From the NCBI GenBank assembly GCA_047495785.1, contig JBLDXI010000009.1:3286001-3350000 (forward strand): a DNA stretch of 64,000 nucleotides, written 5' to 3'. Origin of the DNA: Lepidodermella squamata (lineage: Eukaryota; Animalia; Gastrotricha). How positions within the stretch are numbered: position 1 is the first letter of the stretch; every line of letters starts with the position of its first letter. Positions 37,104-49,299 of the stretch are shown here, one piece after another. Made by a program: the position numbers and the translations under genes. The notes below the pieces were generated by a model, which saw only the letters and a list, made by a program, of their open reading frames with translations, did not search any database and had not been told where the DNA came from.

Positions 37104-40100
37104 ATCTCGATCATAGACACCAAGGCTACTTAGTTTAAGCCAGCCGGTTGTCCCCGGAGGAGAGGGTGGCGGGACGCCTTTCGACGGCGGGACAAAAACT
37201 GGTAAACCAGAAGCTGGCGCATTGGGATTGAAGTCCTCTTTTTTAGCGAAACGATGATATGCGTGGCCCAGTTCAGGTACAAAGCTCAATTTTCTTCTAG
37301 CGAATTGTGACATCTCAAGCTCTTCAGTGAGAACGTAGGATTGTCGCCTGAGTGCTAGAGAGACTTTCCGGGACCCAGAAGATGTCACCCTATCACCTTT
37401 CTTCTTTCGATAGACACAATAAGCAATCGATCCCGCGATTATTGCTAAGAATAGCATTCCGCCGGCTATTATGAGAGCGAAAACCCAAATTTTGAACTGA
37501 GTCCCTAGAATCGTAATGGAGTCAGAGCTGCTAATTGCGGAAGAGGTCGTTGTTTTCACTGTTGTCGTAGCCACAACTGCTTGAGTGGTCGCGACCGTTG
37601 TTGTCTGGGCTGTTAGGAGAGAGATATCAGATGCCGTCACTGAAGACGCATCTGGGTCTGATGCACGAATCGCTGAGTTGATCGAAGATACCCTACAAAA
37701 ATGTGGACGAATGAACTCTGTTGAGTGAAATCAAAGAGACGTACCCATCGGTCGAAGAGGCTAATGTTAATGTTGTTGAAGCATCTACTGCTAGGGATGA
37801 ATCAGCTAACCGCTTTCGTCTCTGCAAATTTCATTCAAAATTTGAGCAATTCCAGGAAGGAAGACCTCACCCCTGATGTAGTAGAACAGATATTCGATGA
37901 GCTTCGAACCAGGTAAAGTCCGAAGCAGAACTTGTTTGCAATAGAATTGAAGTAAGGATTCACCAAGTTCACGCCGCTTGGATCGAGAAATGTTCCATTA
38001 AAAGTATCAGACCTTCAATCAATAATCAAGCGTAATGAGTCTTATAAGCATCTTTAATTCAACTCACCAAGTTCTACCCGGGCAGCACTTGGAGTAGGAA
38101 TCATTCTTCAAGCAGAGGCTATTTATCGAATTCCAGAAACTTGTTTTAAGGATAGTGGCTATGTAACTGTTGAAAATAGCCTGGGTAATGACCTTCGTTC
38201 CAAAGCAAATCTGAACGCCGTAGGTTTTAGCGTCTGAATCATCTGAATATCGAGGTAAATCAAAGGAGATCGTGCAGCCATAGATAACTTACAAGCACAC
38301 TGAGTCGTAGTATCGCAATTCTGCTCTGTTTTAGCCCAATTTATTGGGCAAGATGTTCCATTCAGAGCATCGCAAATCTGCGTCACATTTTTCGTTCCTA
38401 ATCCACCTTAAAAGTAATGTTACCGTATGAAATATGTCATCAGCTATATCGAGAAAACTGTACATGTTGTGCCGCATTGTGCGTTGGACGTCGTATTCCA
38501 TCCATAGCAGTCTTTGCCATTGAAGAGATATCCGGGCGGACAGATGCAAACGTTATTTACGTTACTCGAGTTCGTGCACGTTGCCTGATAACCGCACGAC
38601 GAGCAAGTTGAGGTGCTGATGTTTAACGCTTCATTCAAACATGAATTTTAGGCATTTGGAGGGCGGATATTCACAAAGGAGGCTTTTACCTCGACACCGT
38701 GGTTGAATTTGGCCGATAGACCAGTATTCCGGGCAGTTCAGACAAACCGAATTAGAGTCGCAGTAGGTCGAACTGTTTTTGCCGCAGATTTCTCCTGCTG
38801 TGACCAGCCTTTCCATAGTGGCTGAGATAGTGAAAAGTGAAATATATCAGCAAATTTCAACTGCTTTTACTTACTATTGATGCATGCCTCTCCGTAGACC
38901 AACTTCGTGGCTGAATTCGTCATTTCCAGATCCCATTCGATGGTGAATTTCAAAGATCCCGAGCAGCTGCACAAGGCTGTCTGGGCATCACAGTAGCCGC
39001 TGTAGCAATCGGAGCCGCTTGCACAAGGTCCCGAGCCATATCCTGAATTAGAAATTGATAAATCAAGATGGTTGATTGCAGATGGGGCTCACTGATTTTT
39101 ACAGTTGCCGAAAGGCCTGAAGCGCCACAAATGCCTTTAGTGCAAGCCATAGGTTTCTGGAGCAGGTTATCCCAGGTAGAAACAGACGTGCAAGAGGTTG
39201 TGGAGTTCGTAGTGCAAGCTGAATACTGCGGCGTCCCTTTCATTCTCATCGAGCTGGTAGTTGATGTTGCAGTACAAGTAGATTGGGTAGTTGCGATCGT
39301 AACAACCGCATTTGCCTGGACAGTATTTGCCAAAGGTGTGGCTGAATTAACTGCACCAGCCACGGCATTCATCACTGTGGCACTTTGTGATCCCACAGCC
39401 TGAGTATTTACGCCTGTTGCTGAGACAGTTATTTGATTCACAACTGTAACAGTAACTGATGGTATCCCTGCAACGGGGGTCGTTGCTGTTGGAATGGTTT
39501 GCGTTGCAACATTGGGAAGGTTAGTCGCTATATTTTGAGTCGTTTGCCCAGAGATTAATGAGTTCGTGGTTACCGACGGAGCTATTGTTGTTTGACTCAA
39601 GGTTGCCACATTGATAGCAGTGACTTGCTGAATCAGGCCAGCGGTAGACTGGCTTCCACCGGCATTAGTAGCTGTTATCGTAGATTGGGTAGTCTGCACG
39701 GTTGTAGGTGTCAGAGATGCGGCATGCGATGTCAGCACCGTAGTTGTCTGAGCGACTGCAGCAGTCGTGGTCGCGACGGCTAAAGCTGTCGATGTTTGAG
39801 AAGATGAAGTCGATGATATTCCCGATGACTGAGAGGTGCTGCTGGCCGATGGGGTCGAAGCAGACGTCGATAAAGTCGTTGTAGAAGCCTCGGCACTCGC
39901 CGATGTCGTCGAGGTGGACACCGTCGACGACCTTGATAATGTTGTGGATGTTGAAGTTGTAGTCAATGGATTAGTAGTGCTAGTTGTTGTTGAAGCCTGA
40001 GAAGTTGACGAAATTGAAACCGATGCTGATGGCGTCGCAGTGGTTGAAGTTGTCGTTGCTGGATTCGTGGTTGTCGTTGGCGCTGTAGCAGATGTCGTAG

Positions 40101-41007
40101 AGGTGGTTGAAGTTGCTGGCGTTGTCGTAGTAGTTGCTGTCGAAGCCGAAGAGGTCGAAGTTGTAGCTGCAGTCGAGGTTGACGTTGATGCCGCCGTTGA
40201 GGTTGTAGTGGTTGTAGTCGAGGTCGAGCTGGTAGAAGGGATCGATGTAGTAGTTGAAGAGCTTGAAGTAGACGGTGTAGTTGTAGTATCAGTTGAAGTA
40301 GCTGGTGTAGAGGTGGATGTTGTGGTCGAGGTCGAAGTCGAAGTCGAAGGAGCTGATGTTGTAGAAGTCGTAGTCGTTGGTGCCTCAGTTGTTGTCGTTG
40401 TCGAAGTAGATGTCGAAGTCGAAGGCGTAGTTGTGGTGGAGGTCGTCGTAGTCGGAGTAGTTGTAGAGGTTGTAGTAGAAGTTGAAGTCGAAGTCGAAGG
40501 TGTTGACGTTGTTGTAGACGTGGTAGATGTTGAAGTTGGTTGCTCAGTAGTTGTTGTCGACGACGTCGTGGACGGCGTAGTTGTCGTCGATGTCGTCGTG
40601 GTTGGCGTAGTCGTGGACGTTGATGTTGAGGTGGAAGTTGAAGTCGAGGGGGTCGACGTTGTTGTTGATGTCGTGGAGGTTGTTGAAGTCGTAGTCGTTG
40701 GCGCCTCAGTTGTTGTCGTAGTTGTTGTCGTTGTCGACGTTGAAGTAGACGGGGTCGACGTAGAAGTCGAAGTCGATGGCGTAGTAGTTGTCGAGGTCGT
40801 CGTAGTTGGTGTAGTGGTAGATGTTGCCGTAGAAGTTGAAGTCGACGTTGAAGTTGAAGTCGTTGTAGTCGTGGTAGCGGGTTTAGTTGTAGTTTGGCCG
40901 CTCGTGCCATGTAAAAAAACGCCTGTTTAAAGTATAATTTCAAAGGTTGGGATGATCTGACTCCAAGAAAACTTACACAGAGTGCAAAGAATGTGAATTA
41001 AGTTCAT
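37101..41007 (-). CDS. R7: transmembrane mucin paralogue (~600-aa Thr/Ser domain, Cys modules, EGF, TSP1, SEA-like/furin, TM); C-terminus truncated by the MITE
   Basis: MNLIHILCTL|CVFLHGTSGQTTTK; a continuous T/S-rich frame from 40922 into ORF 38950-39966; RRKR; TM WVFALIIAGGMLFLAIIAGSIAYCVY; the stop TAG is the end of the MITE TIR. Confidence 0.85.
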
Positions 41008-41393
41008 AGTAGGCGATGATGAAAATCAGTTTATCAGTACATCAGTGATTTTGAAATCTGCATTATCCATCTGTGATCATGATTAATAAATCACGCGTAT
41101 ATCTGATTATGCGAAGTTGATTTTCTGATCCCTGGAGCTTACAGTGCGGCTAAGTGCGACGTTCCACCCTCGGTGTGAAAATGTTTCGCTGTAATGAAAT
41201 GGGTTTGCTTTAATTTTTTTCTGGAGTGTTTCCAATGTTTGACGCGTTGGAACAATCGAAACATTTGCTCCATGGTAACTCTAGTCATGTCGGTAAATAT
41301 TATCAAACACAGCTTTAATTTCTAATTATTCAAGCCAGTTCGAATCGGGTGGTTTTATTCGATAACGAACGACATAATACATAATAAAGTAGT

Positions 41394-42566
41394 TCATACA
41401 AATTGCTGAGACTCTCGTCGGCTTTCAGCTAGAGTAAATGCATATGGGTGTTTTTTGAAAGAAGCCTGGGCGTTTTGGTTGGAGTACATGTTGAACTTCT
41501 GCATGTCTTCTTGCAGCCAGTCTTTATTCTCGAACATAAGGTTCGCTTTCGAAATCACAGGTAAGCCAGCAGCCGGGGCATTCGGATTCTTTATCCTCAC
41601 CAGACGCGGGGACGGGTTAGGGGAATGAGTCACACTCCCACTCTCTACCGGAAAGTTGAGAATACGACGAACATGGTCGTTCGAAAATTGCTCGCTGATA
41701 TCCCCAATTCTCGGGGAAGCATTAGCCGGAGTGGGTGTTTGTGTCTTGCAAAGCTCGTAACTTCTTGTAGTCGCAACTTTCCGAAGCTTTCGCTGGTGGC
41801 GCCAGATAACGTAACCGATAAGGACGAATATAGCAAGGAAAGCCACGCTCAGGATGACTGCAACAGCGAGAAGCCACTTTTTCACCTCAATCCCATCGAT
41901 TGTTATAAAGGAATCGTCAGTTGTGGCTGCAGTAACTGTAGTGACAGATTTAGCAGTTGTGCTCGTTGCGGTTGTATTAGAGCTCGATGCAGTTGCGTTT
42001 ACCTGGCTAGCCGTTGAACTTACATTGGCAGATCCGATAGTGCTTGAAGCGACAACTGTAGTTGTGTCAGATGAGAGTCCATCAACCGTGGTGATGCTTT
42101 GGGTGTTTGGATCAATTCTAGTTGTTTGGGAATCTTGCACGGAGGATGGCTCCTGCGTAACAGCTGAGCCGAGTTCACTCGTCGTGGTCATGCCTTGGGT
42201 AACAGGGTTAGTCGTAGTTGTTTGAGAATCTAGAACGGAGGATGGCGACTGCGTAACTGTTGAGCCTGGCGTACCCTGGTCGGCGGAGGTAGTCGATTCT
42301 CCATTGGCAGTTGATGAAGTCTCCCCGCCTAGTGATGTACCCCCAGCAGTGGACGAAATGTCTCCGCCTAAGGATGTACCCACGGTAGCTGTCGTAGCCG
42401 CGGATGAAGCAGAGCTATCAGTGGGCTGATTTTGAATTGTTGTAGGCTCTGAAGTTTGACTGAATGCGCATGATATCGCTGTAAAATTAGACTAGAGAAA
42501 TTGAAAAAAACCAATTCAGATCTTTTTACCTGAAATGATGAGGATCACTACTTTGAAATAATGCAT
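41394..42566 (-). CDS. R8: mucin-only paralogue (signal, T/S/G/Q stalk, family juxtamembrane motif, TM, tail)
   Basis: MHYFKVVILIIS|AISCAFSQ; no Cys, EGF, TSP1 or SEA modules; FITIDGIEVKKWLLAVAVILSVAFLAIFVLIGYVIW; tail shares NPNAPAxGLP with R7. Confidence 0.85.
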
Positions 42567-42916
42567 CGCGATAGGTCAATTTTCCAAAAATTGTTGCAAA
42601 AATGAGGGTCTTTTGTCTATTATTATATGAAAAAATCTGCGAACTCCACAATTAATAATTGATGATAATGGGTGCTGTTTCATTCAATTAAAATGGCTGC
42701 GTTGGAATATTCTGACGTTCTTGATCCTACGCTAACACCTGGAAACGTCTGTTTCAATCGATTAATTGGATTGAATTGCGTGGTTACATGACGAATTTAC
42801 TGAAAAACTGGAGTAGTTCACTACATAATTATGTATTCGAAAAATCATTAAATCATACAAAACAACATAAAAGTTTAACAGTTATCAGCTTTCAGCCAGT
42901 CTGTTGTGTCAATTAT

Positions 42917-45804
42917 TTAATACTGCGGTTGCAGTCGATTGATATCAGCGGTATAACCGGTGTAAATTTGTTGAGATTTAATTGCGAATGCTGCGTTCGG
43001 GTTTATTCCAGGCAGCGGCATATTCTTTGGCATTGGCGGTACAGGGTACTGATCATTGTATGTTGGCGCTTCAAAAGCTGGGTGATGCATAGCACTGCCA
43101 TGAACCTGCGAGAACTCCAGGCGCCGCCTTGCACTATCGGTCAATCCCTCCCGAGGAATCATCACATTTTGCTGGTGATGATTGATATTGTTGAATCTCG
43201 CGTCAACCTTCGCAAGTTGTTTCTGCCGATAGATACAATAACCAACAATTGCAATGATCGCAATGCAGACGATCGGAAGAGTTATTGCGACAGCGATAAC
43301 CCAGACCTTAACAGCTGTACCGCCAATTATGATGTAGCTTCCATCGTTACTCGATGAAGACGAAACTTTCGTTGTGGCGGCTGTTGCTGCTGCTGCAGTG
43401 GTTGTTGTGGTAGCAGCTGCTGTAGTCGTATCAACAACTGCTACAGCAGAAACGCCTGAAGCGCCGGGATCTGAAACATAAGTCTGATATCATCGCTGTA
43501 AAACATAATCGCATAATATCAACCTGTTGCTTGGATAGCCTGGGTAATTGCTGTTGACCTGATGAAAGATGATTATTAAAATAATGACCTTAATATTCGA
43601 AAATCTTACGCCTGCGATGACGATACTAAAGCTTGGACATCCGACTGCGATAAGGCTGTTGTATCCGTGGCTGCTCGCCTCTTTCGCCCAGTTGTGGAGA
43701 TGTTCCCACACAAGTCATTTGTAACCTTGGGAGTAAGCATCAAACCGAAGCAGAATTTCCCATCGCTTGATTTGTATGGGTTCGAAAAGGTCATGCCAGT
43801 TTCGTCGAGATAGCTCCCTTTCACACTAGCCGACCACGTTTTCCCAGGGCAGCATTTAGTGTAACTATCATTTGTCAAACACTGGGTGTTGATTGCCGTG
43901 GCTAAACTCGACTTGAGAGAGCTCGAGACGCTGGTCGTGAAGATGTCCTCAGTGATAACTTCCGTCAAAAAACAAACATCGACCGAATATTTTTTGATAG
44001 TGTCATTAACTGATTAAAAGTGAAATTGTTATTCATCTATACTATCGAGCAAAGTCAAGAATTACATGGGCAGCGGACACCAGTGTCACAAGTCTCAGCC
44101 GATTTAGACATTGAAGTCGGGCACGTCACCGTTACATTGGTAGGTGCATCGCATTTCTGGGTTAATGCACGAACCCCTCGTCCACCTAAAATGTTTTCAA
44201 GCCGTTAAAATTAAGTTAATTCTGAATTAGGGAACATGTTACAAGTTGCGTTGCAAGCAGGAGACCGAGTTGCATTCCAACCGTAACAGTCCTTGCCATT
44301 CGTGTGGAGAAGGTAGCCATCGGGGCATGCACAGGTCGAAACACTGCCGGAATCATCAGAAACTAAAGTTGCCTGATACCCACACGTGAACGTTGTTGCT
44401 TGGGTTGTGGTGTTCGATGAAGCTCTGGTCGGGAATTTGATTGCTGCAATCAAATAGAGGTTAAATTTGAGGGGAAAATGGATGTATCTAAAAATTACCT
44501 CTGCATACTGCTGGAACCGTAGATATGGTTAAATGTTCGGGGCATTTCATGCATACTGACTTGGAGTCGCAGTATGCATTCAACGACTCACCACAGTACT
44601 CACCACTGGCAACAATCTTCTGATATGTTACTAGAATAGAAATGCTAAAAAAAAGTTTTGAATTCAAGCCGTTGTCCTTACTATTAAGGCATTTCTCTCC
44701 GTAAACAAGCCTTGAAAAGTTACCACTTAATTTCAACTCCCAAGTGGTAGCAACTTGAAGATCCGCTGGACATACGCACATTGTATTAGTGCAGAGGCCT
44801 GTGAAGCAATCTGAATTCTTTGTGCAAGCAACGCCAAACCCTAAAATTATAGCTATAGTATTAGACGAATCAACCTGAGCGAAAGATCTTACGCTTTGTG
44901 GCGGTAGTGATGGTTTGAGCCGCTGTAAAGCGAAATTTGGCTTTTGCTACGTACAGTTCAACCTTAAAAGGCACAACTTACCGGTTAACGCCGAATCGCA
45001 GAGATCTTTTGTGCATTTCATCGATGAAATCAGATAGGGGTCGAATAATTTGACTGATTTGCAATTCGAAGGTGTGGTACTAGCTGTGCTTGCTCCCGAA
45101 TTAGTGGCTTTAGTCTGGGTGGCACTGTTGCTTGCCCCCGAGTTTGCGGCTTCAGTCTGAGCGACATTGGCACTAGCAGTCCGGGAAGTTGTAGCGACGT
45201 TCGAGGCTTGGGTAGCTGCCGCAGCACCTGCTTGAGTAACTTTGGTGGTAGATTGAGAATTCGATGCTGTAGTACCCCCTGCAGTACCCCCTGCGGTACC
45301 TCCTGCGGTAGTCCCTACGGCTGCCGACCCACCAGTCGCTCCAATATTGAGCGAGCCAGCGGATTGGGTAGCACTTTGGGTGACTCCTGCAGAGTTAGAG
45401 CTGGCTTGAACAGAAGATTGTTGGCTGGCCGACTTGGTTGTCGGAGGTCCAGTCTGTGTAGAAGGGGCCGCTGCCGCCGTCGCGGGAGGGGATGTAGCTG
45501 GGGGCGCAGCTGTAGCAGGCGGAGCTCCGGTTGCTGCTGCTGGAGAAGTTGCGGGTGGAGCTGCAGTAGCTGGTGGAGCTGATGCTGTTGCTGCTGGAGA
45601 GGTTGCAGGGGGAGCAGCAGTTCCACCCCCGGAAAGTCTAGTTGTTGATTGAGTAGCGGTTGTTTGTGCTAAGCATTCATAGCTAAGGATCAAAACTTCA
45701 GCAAAACAATAGCGGATTTAGAGTCTCAATACATTAAAATGGCCGTATTTATTACCTAATATCAGCAAAATTGGGCAGCACCTTCCCACAAAGGCTGTTG
45801 GCAT
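42917..45804 (-). CDS. R9: paralogue with Ala/Thr/Pro mucin N-terminus
   Basis: MPTAFVGRCCPILLIL|VLILSYECLA; PPAT repeats; EGF/TSP1; RKRR; YIIIGGTAVKVWVIAVAITLPIVCIAIIAIVGYCIY; stop 42917. Confidence 0.85.
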
Positions 45805-46070
45805 GATTGGGTAAATGAAAAGATTGAACCTGATATTCCTTACAAATTTTCGAAACAAACTGATTCAAAGAGACATGCGAAGAATCAACAGTGTAAAAAC
45901 ATCCATTAAGCTGAGTGCTGAAAACTCTTGGGACTGAAAACACATTTGGTTCCTGGTAGTGTTTTATTGAAACACCAATCAAACAAATCATCCATTAAAA
46001 AATTAAATTTTAACTACTACTCGTATCGAAGCACAGCGTTGAATGTTTTTTTCTGGGCGTGGAGCTTGGC

Positions 46071-48783
46071 TCAGAAGTGCGGCGCATCTGCCGCACCGTA
46101 CCCATAATTCATGTGTTGGTTATAAGGGTCGTTATTAGTATGATTGTAGATCCCGCTATCCAGTGAACCAGGATATGGGCTGTCGTTTGCATGTAAAGAA
46201 AAGTAAGCTGCATACGCGGCCTCTTCCTCAGCCGTCATAGCAGCTGTTCCAGGTTGATGAATCGGCTCGGGCGGGTAATGAGGAATATTTGCATGATTTG
46301 CGTGACTCGCGTGATTCGCGTGAACTATAGGTTGATTGGTCATTTCGTACTGGTTATTGAACAACTGGTTAACCGGGACAACTGATGCTCTCCTTTGTAC
46401 AGTTTCATGCATACGAACTTCGCTGATAGGTGTTGGGGCTACTTGAGGCTTAACTTTAGGAGAAGGTTTCCTTGCCTCTTTTTTAGCGGCTGCTTTCTTG
46501 CCCTGCTTTTTGCACAGATAGACGCCGATTCCGATTGCTAAGCCTGTTATAAGAAGCGGTAAAATAATCCCAACCGCTAACAGCCAGCCTTGAATGCATG
46601 AATCGCCGAGTGTCACCCAGGAAGATGGGCATCCTGTTTGAGACCCACCTGCAGAACTTTCGGAACCCGAGCTTGCAGTGGTATCGGCGTGCGTAACTGA
46701 TGCTGATGTAGTAGCCGTGGTGGTAGTTGTTGCAAGTCCAAAAGAGCTCGAAGAAACCGAAGCTGCGGGATCAGCTTGCTGAACGGCTGAAGTTATCGAT
46801 GAAACACTAAGGAAAACACGTGTTTTGCGTCATAATTCAGCAAAATACAGCAAACTTACACTGAATTTGACTGAACTATGGTCAGCAATGATGATTGATC
46901 GATCGCTACATAGGATGCGGCTCGCTTTTTCCTAGCCTTCGTCGTTGAGTTGCTATCACTGGCGGATGCACAAAGGGCATTGGTAGTGTTAGCTTTCGGG
47001 AGAAGTCCGACACAGAATTTTGAGCCGTCTTTGTAAGGATTGAGAAGCTGAACTTCAGAGGAATAAATAAATGTCCCAGACACGCTTGATGACCACGATT
47101 TCCCGGGGCAACATAATGCGAAGGTGCTGTTCTCAGTACGGCATTTCGTATTCAGAGCATTGGCAATACAAGATTTCATCGGGGTTGAAACAACCTTGTT
47201 GAAAAGTGATACTGTAAGAACTTGCGAGGTGAAGCACAAGTCAACGGCGTATTTTGTTGTTTCAGCATCATCTTAAAAACGGGGGGTCGTAAAATCAATG
47301 CGTTATTGATTTGGAGGGCTCTTACATGGACATCTCCCTTTATCGCAGTCTTGAACTACGACTTTTGCAGAATCTTGGCATGGCCCACCAACAGGATCAC
47401 ATATCTGAGTTACTTGCTGTGTTCCATAACCACCTTTTAAAGGACAATTATTCAGCTTTCATCTCTCAAAAAAATGAACATTTACATGTAACGCTGCAAG
47501 TTCCGAGGCTTGAAGTTTTCCAGGCTATAGCGTAATCAATGCAAAGTTTGATAACTTGCCAATCAAATGTGTCCTTACCGTAACAATCTTTGCCATTCGT
47601 TTGAAGCTGGTAGCCAGCTGGGCATGTGCAAATCGGCATTCCGGCAACGACATTACAGGTAGCCAGGTATCCGCAGGTGCAATTAACTTTGCTGCTAGAC
47701 GAGGAACTTGGGAATTTTATAGCTGGACACAAAAATGATGTCAAGGCTGAGTAAAATCTTTCAGTATGTTACTTTGACAAGTCGCATCGACATCTGTTTT
47801 ACTCCAATATTCGGGGCATTTCATTGAAATTGTTGTTGAGTCACATATTGAAGAAGGTGGGTCGTAGTAGAAGTCCAAACTGCTCTGGCCTACGGAAGCT
47901 ACCTTTGTAGATAAAGCTGGGCATAAAATCGAGGGTAATTTCTATTTAGGTTCAAGCGGAAAAAGCACTTACGAATGCATACTTCATCGTACAAAATGCC
48001 GATTGGATTGCTGGTTTCATCAAACTGCCAAGCTATGACGTATTTCGAGCAAGAGGCGCATGCACAAGAGCCTGATTTGCAATAACCCGTGTAGCAATCA
48101 GAGTCATAGGTACAGTTTTGACCATATCCTAGGGAGAACAAATTCAGGGAAAAATTTTGGGAATTTTGAGGGAGATTACTTTGAGAATTTGTCGAAGTTG
48201 AGTTAGTCGCATTAACAGGGAGGCAAACTCCCATAGTGCATGTCATGGCACTTGCTAAAACTGAGCCATATGCGACAGAAACTGAAGCGCAATATTCCCC
48301 CGAATTGCCACATGAATTATTAGCACCAAGAGTACAAGGCCGAACGCCACTTGCTGTAAAACCTCGATATTTAACAAAATGTCTCTGAATTAGAGTCGCC
48401 TACTCAAATTTGCTGAACTCCAGTATGGGCTTGATGAAGCGTTGCACCGTGCTCGATAGTCATCGGGATCAGGTGCTATAAAGTTCGACGATGTCATAGC
48501 ATATTCGGATAACTCCCTGGTTAGAAGTTCTTACCTGTAGTAGTGACCACTGCAGTCGTTGTTGTTAGAGCAACAGTAGTGTTATCTAAAAAATGTAACA
48601 AAATTGCGGCTGCTTTTGATAAAAGGCTTCAACCAAACCTGATGTAGTAGCGTTTGTCGGATTCTGGCAACATCCTGCATATCTGGTTTACGCAATAGAA
48701 TATCAAAAAAGAAGCAACTAACCGATTTCGATAAGCAATAGTAGCCCGAAGGCTGTGACGAATTCTCTTGTCAAATTACCCAT
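46071..48783 (-). CDS. R10: paralogue with short N-terminus and Tyr-rich tail
   Basis: MGNLTREFVTAFGLLLLIEI; Cys modules; EGF CTCPAGYQLQTNGKDCY; RKKR; TM WLLAVGIILPLLITGLAIGIGVYLC. Confidence 0.85.
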
Positions 48784-49299
48784 ATCGAACGGGCCATAAT
48801 TTTTCGAGTGTATCCGTGTGTGTTTAATTCTCCGCATTGTGTTCTAATTGAGAACACAATTTCTGGTGTGTGCGCTTATGCCGATCGAACATCGATCGCA
48901 GCCGACACAATTGTAATCTTCTTGAAAGTGCAATGGATTTATCAATCATTCATAATGCTGTTTCCCCTAAATTATTCGCGCCATCAAGTCTGTAGCATCG
49001 GTTGCGTGGTTCGACCCCATCAAACTGTTTAAAGTAACCAAAACATTAATCATTCTCGCCGCGCCCTATCCAATTTTCGCCAATTTGTTCTAACACCTAG
49101 CGATCGACGTCAAACTATTTATACACAGCGCAATGTACTTCAAGTAATATTATTCTCACAGCTGGCTTGCTACCTAGTGAACTGGCAAAATTCAACCATT
49201 GCGTCATCGCTTGACTAGGAAAAAAGCACATCACAACGTTTATTTCAAGCTTTCGAAGCATAATAACACAGATAGAAAATAGTTGTAGCTATGGAAAAG

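Noticed and set aside
39963-40943. Long Val-rich (+) and Arg/Leu/Gln-rich (-) ORFs; likewise 52396-53805, 45434-45652, 41854-42225, 19120-19596 and 24477-24920
   Set aside because: Antisense or off-frame shadows of Thr/Ser or acidic low-complexity coding exons of the R genes.
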